Below are positions 8,824 to 14,373 of a DNA stretch of 15,538 nucleotides, one piece after another. The translations under genes and the position numbers were made by a program. Below the pieces are notes generated by a model that searched no databases, was not told where the DNA came from, and saw only the letters and a list, made by a program, of their open reading frames with translations. Numbering within the stretch: the stretch's first letter is position 1; every line of letters starts with the position of its first letter. This DNA is from Verrucomicrobiales bacterium (GTDB lineage Bacteria > Verrucomicrobiota > Verrucomicrobiia > Verrucomicrobiales > SLCJ01), in the NCBI GenBank assembly GCA_046075565.1, contig JBJTQJ010000101.1, forward strand, positions 1 through 15,538, given 5' to 3'.

Positions 8824-9125
8824 AACGTGGTGAAATCTGGCTCGCCGACCTCGGCTATCAAGGAAAAATACGGCCGGTGCTGATCCTAAGCGTGTCTCCC
8901 GGCCCTTATGACCGCGCACTGGCCACCTACCTCATCCGGACGACCAGCGTGCGTGGAACCGCCTACGAAGTGCTACACCAGGCGCGTGGCATGAAAGACG
9001 GGGCTTTCGACGCCCAAGGGATAGGCACCACCGACTACAGCCGCTTCATGCGCCGCCTTGGAAAAATGGATGATCCCACGCTCGCCCTGATCGAAGATAA
9101 GGTTAGGGAATGGCTCTCACTTTGA
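8820..9125 (+). CDS. mazF: PemK/MazF family endoribonuclease toxin
   Basis: 101 aa; MKRGEIWLADL...GKIRPVLILS signature; C-terminal RRLGKMDDPTLALIEDKVREWLSL. Confidence 0.92.
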   Translation: MKRGEIWLADLGYQGKIRPVLILSVSPGPYDRALATYLIRTTSVRGTAYEVLHQARGMKDGAFDAQGIGTTDYSRFMRRLGKMDDPTLALIEDKVREWLSL

Positions 9126-9218
9126 AACATCAGGAGCCTGCCCACCGCTCACCCTTGCCCGCCATAGCCCGTAGGGCGACGGCGGGGCCCACCGCCCGCC
9201 ACGCCGATTCGAATCCCC

Positions 9219-9247
9219 TTTACCCAAAATCAACGCTGCGATAAACT
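9219..9247 (+). promoter_or_regulatory. sigma70-like promoter (leaderless position)
   Basis: TTTACC-N17-TAAACT; ATG 9254 lies 6 nt downstream; no SD; repeated at 12169-12197. Confidence 0.65.
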
Positions 9248-9253
9248 TGCAAC

Positions 9254-9469
9254 ATGAACGACCGCATCACATTCAACCCTAGGCAATGCGGAGGCCGCCC
9301 CTGTATCCGGGGAATGCGCATCCGCGTGATCGATATCCTCGACCTTTTGGCCGCAGGCCTCGACTTCGAGGCAATCCTCGATGAAATGCCAGACTTGGAA
9401 CGCGAGGACATCGTCGCGGCCATTCAATATGCCAGACGCGGAATGGACCATCCGGTTATCGCGGCATGA
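9254..9469 (+). CDS. DUF433 family antitoxin
   Basis: MNDRITFNPRQCGGRPCIRGMRIRVIDILDLLAAG...MPDLEREDIVAAIQYA. Confidence 0.95.
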   Translation: MNDRITFNPRQCGGRPCIRGMRIRVIDILDLLAAGLDFEAILDEMPDLEREDIVAAIQYARRGMDHPVIAA

Positions 9470-9607
9470 TTTGGCTCGACGCCCACCGTGATTTGGTTGC
9501 GGTGTGGAAATACTTCGGAAGAAATGCTCAAAGGGATTTTATCGGAACACCTCGAAACAGCCCTCGCTTTCATCCAGGCAGGTGATCCCCTTGTCGAGAT
9601 TCAATAA
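9466..9607 (+). pseudogene. DUF5615 PIN toxin with a large internal deletion
   Basis: ATGA-coupled start MIWLDAH joined out of frame to PTVIWLRCGNTSEEMLKGILSEHLETALAFIQAGDPLVEIQ*; compare the intact paralog 12429-12758 (MRFLIDAQL...PVIVWLRIGNAS...GNPLIEVR). Confidence 0.9.
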
Positions 9608-9658
9608 TTCCCGCCTTTCCCAGAAGTCAGAGTTCAGACCCAGTGCATGGAAAGCCCT

Positions 9659-9681
9659 GTAGGGCGTTTGTGTCAAACGCC
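9659..9681 (+). repeat. GTAG-family REP-like hairpin
   Basis: GTAG followed by a perfect 8-bp stem GGCGTTTG-TGT-CAAACGCC. Confidence 0.7.
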
Positions 9682-9709
9682 GGGCCAATGCGCCGCGACC
9701 ACAAAGCCC

Positions 9710-9791
9710 GGTTGGCAGTCCTCCAAGCCCAGGAGTCAGGGAACAGAAGTCAGGCTTCAGCTACCCCGACCTTGTCGGGGCAGGCAAGCAC
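9710..9791 (+). repeat. Spacer module F (~82 bp), second copy at 11832-11913
   Basis: GGTTGGCAGTCCTCCAAGCCCAGGAGTCAGGGAACAGAAGTCAGGCTTCAGC..CCCCGACCTTGTCGGGGC is near-identical in both copies; each is followed shortly by CTTCGCCCAAGG. Confidence 0.92.
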
Positions 9792-9930
9792 GGCGGCCAC
9801 GTCTCCAGGCACCAAGCACCCTACTTCGCCCCAAGGGCTACGAAGGGCAGGCAAAGGTCGTCGCGCTCCTGCTCGGACCGACCGGGGTCGGCAATACCGC
9901 ACGCCAGGTTCTGCCTCCTGGTGATCCATC

Positions 9931-9960
9931 TTGACAACCATGGGTAATCCGCGAGATCTT
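9931..9960 (+). promoter_or_regulatory. sigma70-like promoter
   Basis: Perfect TTGACA -35; weak -10 GATCTT at N18; ATG 9966 lies 5 nt downstream. Confidence 0.5.
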
Positions 9961-9965
9961 TGGCA

Positions 9966-10187
9966 ATGACCACCTTGGAAAAACTCCAGTCAAAAGTCGC
10001 CGCCCTTCCGGAAAGTTTGGCGGTCGAGGTGCTTGACTTTCTGGAGTATCTCGCGTCGAAGCGCGCTTCTGAGCAAGCGCTGAAAACAAACGCGGTTGGC
10101 CGATTCAGGGGCGCTTTCAAAGGCAAATTAAGTTCCTCCGACGAGTTTTCCCGCCGAAAATCCGATGAAATCCACATGGAGAGATAG
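9966..10187 (+). CDS. DUF2281-like antitoxin
   Basis: MTTLEKLQSKVAALPESLAVEVLDFLEYLASK...RGAFKGKL; the LPxxxxxEVLDFxEYL motif is characteristic; upstream of a VapC. Confidence 0.85.
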   Translation: MTTLEKLQSKVAALPESLAVEVLDFLEYLASKRASEQALKTNAVGRFRGAFKGKLSSSDEFSRRKSDEIHMER

Positions 10188-10579
10188 TCCGGCTGTCGTG
10201 CTGGATGCTTGTGCTCTCATTGCTTTTCTCAATGATGAAGCGGGCGCGGACATCGTGGATTCCATCCTCATTGGTCGAGTTATCCGCCACCAACCTTCTG
10301 GAAGTCGCCTGCGACGCCATCCGCAATAGCGGGGAAGTCTCAAGTGCCCGTCAAGTGATTGAAACGGTCCGGGAGTTGCCAATTTTCATCAGGTGGGACT
10401 TGGACGAAAAGCTTCTTGTAAATGCCGCCCGGTTCAAGTCCGGCTTCCGGATATCCTTGGCAGACTCCGTCGCTCTTGGGTTGGCTGTTTCCCGGGATGC
10501 GCCATTGGTGACGAGCGACCACCACGAGTTCGACCCACTCGCCAAGGCTGGCTTCGCCCGGTTTATTTGGATACGCTAA
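10165..10579 (+). pseudogene. vapC: VapC PIN-domain toxin, frameshifted
   Basis: Frame 1 gives (MKSTWRDSP)AVVLDACALIAFLNDEAGADIVDSILI; after ~10270 frame 2 continues VELSATNLLEV...ISLADSVALGLA...LVTSDHHEFD...WIR*. Confidence 0.88.
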
Positions 10580-10710
10580 TCAAATCCGCACCTCAGGCCC
10601 TTAGAGTACACCGCAGGCGCAGACCAAGGACGCGGCGCAGCCGCTAAGCACAAAGCACCCCCGACCTTGTCGGGGCGGACACGAACCGCGGCGCAGCCGC
10701 TTCCCCCCCC

Positions 10711-10792
10711 TTGCCTCCCTCCACTCCATCGCCCGAAAGCGCACCAACCACTCCCCGCCAGCCCGTGGCCCACTCCACCGACCCCGTAGAAC
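10711..10792 (+). repeat. Spacer module E (82 bp), second copy at 12010-12091
   Basis: TTGCCTCCCTCCACTCCATCGCCCGAAA...CCCCGTAGAAC with 3 mismatches between copies; both end at GTAGAAC and are followed by different hairpin sequences containing GCTAC. Confidence 0.92.
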
Positions 10793-10933
10793 TGGGTTGC
10801 GCTACAGACGCGGCGCAGCCGCGTAGCCACTCCTACCCTTGCCCGCCATAGCCCGTAGGGCGACGGCGGGGCCCAAATCCTCCGCTCTTCCTCCATCATC
10901 GGCTGAGCCACCGGTATCAACCACGTGATCGGC

Positions 10934-10962
10934 TTGACTCCTCCAACCACGTGAAATAGACT
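10934..10962 (+). promoter_or_regulatory. sigma70-like promoter (leaderless position)
   Basis: TTGACT-N17-TAGACT; GTG 10969 lies 6 nt downstream. Confidence 0.7.
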
Positions 10963-10968
10963 CAAGTC

Positions 10969-11043
10969 GTGGTAACTACCCGCCAATACCCGCACCTTTC
11001 ACCGGCGGAAATCCATTCCGCCTTGGCAACCTGCTTCGCATGA
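10969..11043 (+). pseudogene. 24-codon DUF433-like remnant/leader ORF
   Basis: GTG start, MVTTRQYPHLSPAEIHSALATCFA*; YPHLSPAEIHSAL resembles the DUF433 C-terminal helix (cf. YPWLEPEVIQACL, FPYLEPADIQACL in this window); stop overlaps the MNT start (ATGA). Confidence 0.65.
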
Positions 11044-11348
11044 CAATTGATCAAACCACCCGTCAAATGGCCGCTCGTCTCAAACGCGGTATGCGTGCTG
11101 AGCGGGTTTGGCTTTTTGGTTCACAAGCACGGGGAAATACCGGACCTCATAGCGATATCGATCTTCTTGCCGTGGTTCCTCACTCTACCGTTTCGCGCTA
11201 CCAAAGGGCCATCGCTGCCCGTCGTGAGCTATCCGACTTCAACGTACCCATGGACATCGTGGTTCTGACCCATGATGAATGGGAAAAACAGCTTAAAGCT
11301 CCCAGTTCCCTCGCCAGCACGGTGGCTAGGGAGGGAATCGCTTTATGA
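11040..11348 (+). CDS. Minimal nucleotidyltransferase (MNT) antitoxin
   Basis: 102 aa; VWLFGSQARG...SDIDLLAV and PMDIVV motifs of the Pol-beta-like MNT family. Confidence 0.93.
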   Translation: MTIDQTTRQMAARLKRGMRAERVWLFGSQARGNTGPHSDIDLLAVVPHSTVSRYQRAIAARRELSDFNVPMDIVVLTHDEWEKQLKAPSSLASTVAREGIAL

Positions 11349-11349
11349 C

Positions 11350-11757
11350 ATGAGTCCTGAATCCCTTGAACTCGCGAAAATCTGGTTGGCGAAAGCACAA
11401 TCGGATCTGGCCACGGCCAGGCTATTGATCAAGGGTGAAGAACGCTATTTGGACACTGGCAGCTACCATTGCCAGCAAGCGGCCGAAAAAGCCATCAAAG
11501 CATGGCTCACCGCAGCTGAAGTAACCTTTGTCAAAACCCATTCCCTGGAGATTCTCCTGCGCCTCTGTTTGCCCTCCAACCCAGGCTTCCTTCAGTTCCT
11601 TCCCCATGTGGTCGAGTTGACGCCGCTTGCCACCGAGTTCCGCTATCCTGGCGACATCTTCGAACCATCGCCAGCTGAAGCAGACCACGCGTTAATGCTT
11701 GCCGAAGAACTGACATCCTGGACTGCTTCAGAATTTGGCAAAATCCCAGTACCCTGA
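11350..11757 (+). CDS. HEPN domain protein (MNT-associated, PF05168-like)
   Basis: Start ATG 11350; WLAKAQSDL, YHCQQAAEKAIKA, KTHSL and RYPG motifs. Confidence 0.93.
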   Translation: MSPESLELAKIWLAKAQSDLATARLLIKGEERYLDTGSYHCQQAAEKAIKAWLTAAEVTFVKTHSLEILLRLCLPSNPGFLQFLPHVVELTPLATEFRYPGDIFEPSPAEADHALMLAEELTSWTASEFGKIPVP

Positions 11758-12168
11758 CCTTCCAACATCCGACAACCGACAATTTCCCATCCTCAGAGCC
11801 CAGTTGGCCTTGCCTGCCCCGACAAGGTCGGGGTTGGCAGTCCTCCAAGCCCAGGAGTCAGGGAACAGAAGTCAGGCTTCAGCGACCCCGACCTTGTCGG
11901 GGCGGGCAGGCACAAAGCCCCCTGCTTCGCCCAAGGTCTAACAAGGACTAAGGACCTCAAATCTCCGGTCTTGCGTCTTCTCGTCGTCCTTCATCCTTCA
12001 TCCTTTCTCTTGCCTCCCTCCACTCCATCGCCCGAAAACGCACCAACCACTCCCCGCCAGCCCGTGGCCCACGCCACCGGCCCCGTAGAACGGGGCTTCG
12101 CAACGGGCCCGTCTTCGACCTGCGGGCTACGACGGTGCCCACCCCTCGCCACGCCTATTCGAATCCCC

Positions 12169-12197
12169 TTTACCCAAAATCAATGCTGCGATAAACT
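12169..12197 (+). promoter_or_regulatory. sigma70-like promoter (leaderless position), duplicate of 9219-9247
   Basis: TTTACC-N17-TAAACT; ATG 12204 lies 6 nt downstream. Confidence 0.65.
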
Positions 12198-12203
12198 TGC
12201 AAC

Positions 12204-12422
12204 ATGAACGACCGCATCACATTCAATCCCGAACAGTGTGGCGGGAGGCCCTGCATCCGGGGAATGCGCATCCGCGTGAAGGATGTGCTCGACCTCTTGG
12301 CAGCGGGGGTGCCCCAGGCTGAGATTCTCGAAGATTTCCCATATCTCGAGCCTGCCGACATCCAAGCTTGCCTCGACTACGCCGCATCCCAAATCGATCA
12401 CCCGGTGCTCATTGCGAGTTGA
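12204..12422 (+). CDS. DUF433 family antitoxin
   Basis: MNDRITFNPEQCGGRPCIRGMRIRVKDVLDLLAAG...FPYLEPADIQACLDYA. Confidence 0.95.
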   Translation: MNDRITFNPEQCGGRPCIRGMRIRVKDVLDLLAAGVPQAEILEDFPYLEPADIQACLDYAASQIDHPVLIAS

Positions 12423-12428
12423 ACCGCC

Positions 12429-12758
12429 ATGCGTTTCCTGATCGACGCTCAGTTGCCGCCCGCATTGGCACGACTCTTGGAGGGGCATGGTCATGTCGCC
12501 GAACACGTTGAAGATATTGGCCTCCGCCATGCTGATGATTCCACCATCTGGGCCTACGCCGTTTCACATCAGGCCGTCATTATCACCAAGGACGAGGATT
12601 TTCCACAGCGCCTGCATCATGCCAGGTCCAAACCCGTGATCGTGTGGTTGCGCATTGGCAACGCCAGCCGCCGCGCACTGCTTCAATGGTTCGAGCCCCT
12701 GCTTCCGCAAATCGAATCCCTCATCGGCCAGGGCAACCCTCTGATCGAGGTGCGCTGA
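12429..12758 (+). CDS. DUF5615/VapC45-like PIN toxin (intact)
   Basis: MRFLIDAQLPPALA...GHVAEHV...DDSTIW...IITKDEDF...VWLRIGN. Confidence 0.93.
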   Translation: MRFLIDAQLPPALARLLEGHGHVAEHVEDIGLRHADDSTIWAYAVSHQAVIITKDEDFPQRLHHARSKPVIVWLRIGNASRRALLQWFEPLLPQIESLIGQGNPLIEVR

Positions 12759-12765
12759 CCTCTCC

Positions 12766-12882
12766 CGCTTCCGCCCTGCCCATGCCCGCGTCGTCCAAGG
12801 AGCCGTGCAAGGTGTTTCCTCTCCCGATCAAGCATGGGAAATCTTCCGCTCCAGCACCCTGGTCGATCTGGAAATGAAATAG
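12766..12882 (+). pseudogene. Diverged duplicate of the epsI 3' end (38 codons plus stop)
   Basis: Encodes RFRPAHARVVQGAVQGVSSPDQAWEIFRSSTLVDLEMK* versus RFRPAYARVVQGAVRGIANSDQAWEIFRSTILVDLEMK* at 6741-6857 (30/38 identical). Confidence 0.92.
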
Positions 12883-12944
12883 CGGTCCTGCGCCTGACCC
12901 AACAGAGTCGGGGGTCCTTGGTCAAAAAGGCATGCGCCAGCGAC

Positions 12945-13006
12945 CAGAGGTCAGAGGTCAGAGGTCAGTCAAAAATCCTCAATCTTCAATCCTCAATCCT
13001 CAATCC
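12945..13006 (+). repeat. Heptamer tandem repeats (CAGAGGT)x3 and (AATCYTC)x4.7
   Basis: 12945-12965 and 12974-13006; a degenerate version of the same junction occurs at 7620-7660. Confidence 0.9.
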
Positions 13007-13121
13007 AAGGACACTGCACCTCTGCAACCGCACCCCGCAAATCGCGTTCGACTTGCTAGCACATTCGCGCGGGCTCTGTGCGATACTTGCACTTTAATCT
13101 GGAAAATCAATTCCTCCACCC

Positions 13122-13661
13122 ATGCGTCAGCCGCTGGATATCGATAAGCTTAAGGCCTTCATGGTTGCGATGGGAGGGCGAACCAAGGGCCCAGGAAAAA
13201 TTTATCTCACCGGCGGAGCTACCGCCCTCCTTCATGGCTGGAGATCAATGACGGTGGATGTCGACATCAAGGCCGATCCCGAGCCCTCCGGCTATTTCGA
13301 ATCGATTGCCATGATCAAGGACGAACTGTCCGTGAACGTCGAGTTGGCAAGCCCATCGGATTTCATTCCCGAACTTCCCGACTGGCGTGAACGATCCCTG
13401 TTTATCGCGCGGCATGGCCAACTCGACTTCTATCATTACGATCCTTACAGCCAGGCGCTTTCAAAGCTGGAGCGCGGTCACGGCCGGGACCATGCCGATG
13501 TCGAGTCCATGCTTCACAACGGACTGATTGAAAAAAAACTCCTCATGGTGCTCTTCAGTGGAATCGAACCCGCCCTGATCCGTTATCCCGCGCTCGACCC
13601 GGAAAGTTTCCGGAACACCGTCGAAGTTTTCTGCAACTCCATCGATAACTCGGCCGGATGA
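13122..13661 (+). CDS. DUF6036-like nucleotidyltransferase (AbiEii-like fold)
   Basis: 179 aa; IYLTGGATALLHGWRSMTVDVDI matches the GG..R.T.DxD NTase motif; C-terminal SKLERGHGRDHAD. Confidence 0.8.
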   Translation: MRQPLDIDKLKAFMVAMGGRTKGPGKIYLTGGATALLHGWRSMTVDVDIKADPEPSGYFESIAMIKDELSVNVELASPSDFIPELPDWRERSLFIARHGQLDFYHYDPYSQALSKLERGHGRDHADVESMLHNGLIEKKLLMVLFSGIEPALIRYPALDPESFRNTVEVFCNSIDNSAG

Positions 13662-13984
13662 ACTCCGATCCAATGCATCAACTCATCGCCGACCTGCCCG
13701 GTGCCCAGCGTGTGTCAGAGGGTTTGGACGATCATCGGGAGCATCGCCACACTCCCGCATCATGCCTCGTTCGCATGGCGCGCCCGCGGCTTGCCAAGGC
13801 TGGCCTGATGAAGGCCTTGCCCAAGCACGATACCCAGGCGGAACTGGATCTCTATCAACTCCTCGCCTCCGAAGGCAACCAGGCCTATAGCCGCTACAAC
13901 GCGCTCATTCGCGAACTCGTCAGCTTCGAGCATGCCCTCGACCACCGCCTTGGTAAGGAACAATCAGAGATTGGAACTTGCTGA
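13658..13984 (+). CDS. Hypothetical protein, partner of the DUF6036-like NTase (copy 2)
   Basis: 108 aa; ATGA overlap with the NTase; the paralog at 7286-7603 differs by many synonymous changes, which supports coding status. Confidence 0.85.
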   Translation: MNSDPMHQLIADLPGAQRVSEGLDDHREHRHTPASCLVRMARPRLAKAGLMKALPKHDTQAELDLYQLLASEGNQAYSRYNALIRELVSFEHALDHRLGKEQSEIGTC

Positions 13985-14012
13985 TCATGCATCGGGCTTC
14001 CGAATACTGTGA

Positions 14013-14118
14013 AGAGTCCGAAAGTCTCAAAGTCTGAAAGTCAAAAAGTGGCCAATACGCCACTTTCACTCTCTCCTCTCCGGCCTTCAGTCCTTCGACT
14101 TTAAGACCTTTAGACTTC
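14013..14118. repeat. Inverted octamer arrays around a perfect hairpin (possible terminator)
   Basis: AGAGTCCG AAAGTCTC AAAGTCTG AAAGTCAA (14013-14044); hairpin AAAGTGGC-CAATAC-GCCACTTT (14045-14066); complementary TCGACTTT AAGACCTT TAGACTTC (14095-14118). Confidence 0.8.
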
Positions 14119-14373
14119 TCCTCCCCTCTTCTTCCTGAAAACCAAAACTAGCAACTTCCCCTTCAATAATCTAAAATCCACAATCCTCAATTAACAATCG
14201 TCAATCTTCCCCGCGTCCCTTGGCGGTGCAAATCTCCTCCTTTTCCTCTAACTTCTGAGTGCTGACAGTCCGTTTGTTACAATGCGGGGACCGACCCCGG
14301 ACGCCAGCTGTTTGAGCTACAGATACCAACTCTCCCATATTCTTAGTTGAACGCGGCACCCTCACATCCAGGC

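Larger units (their letters stand above)
6857..10822. repeat. Dispersed hairpin GCGGC-GCA-GCCGC (5 copies)
   Basis: 6857-6869 (GAA loop), 8544-8556, 10632-10644, 10688-10700, 10810-10822; all intergenic. Confidence 0.85.
7742..10932 (+). repeat. Spacer module A (ACCCTTGCCCGCCATAGCC..AGGGCGACGGCGGGGCCCA), 3 copies
   Basis: Copies at 7742-7838, 9151-9191 and 10835-10932; imperfect hairpin CCCGCC...GGCGGG; the first and third copies continue with AATCCTCCGCTCTTCCTCCATCATCGGC; each precedes the promoter of a DUF433-type gene. Confidence 0.92.
6131..12913. repeat. Dispersed 17-bp palindrome CCCCGAC-NNN-GTCGGGG (9 copies in cassette spacers)
   Basis: Perfect copies at 8564-8580, 9764-9780, 10659-10675, 11817-11833, 11886-11902; degenerate copies at 6131-6147, 6922-6938, 7697-7713, 12897-12913; often flanked by CAGGC/GCCTG. 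Confidence 0.9.

Noticed and set aside
11272-11349. Upstream start for the HEPN gene
   Set aside because: It overlaps MNT by 77 nt; ATG 11350 gives a typical HEPN N-terminus.
6131-12913. CRISPR array made of the 17-bp palindromes
   Set aside because: Spacing is irregular (tens of bp to more than 1 kb), copies are separated by genes, and there are no cas genes.
6858-14118. Integron/attC cassette array
   Set aside because: No intI, and no RYYYAAC...GTTRRRY pairs after the gene stops; the GTCTAAC at 11936-11942 has no matching GTTRRRY that I could find.
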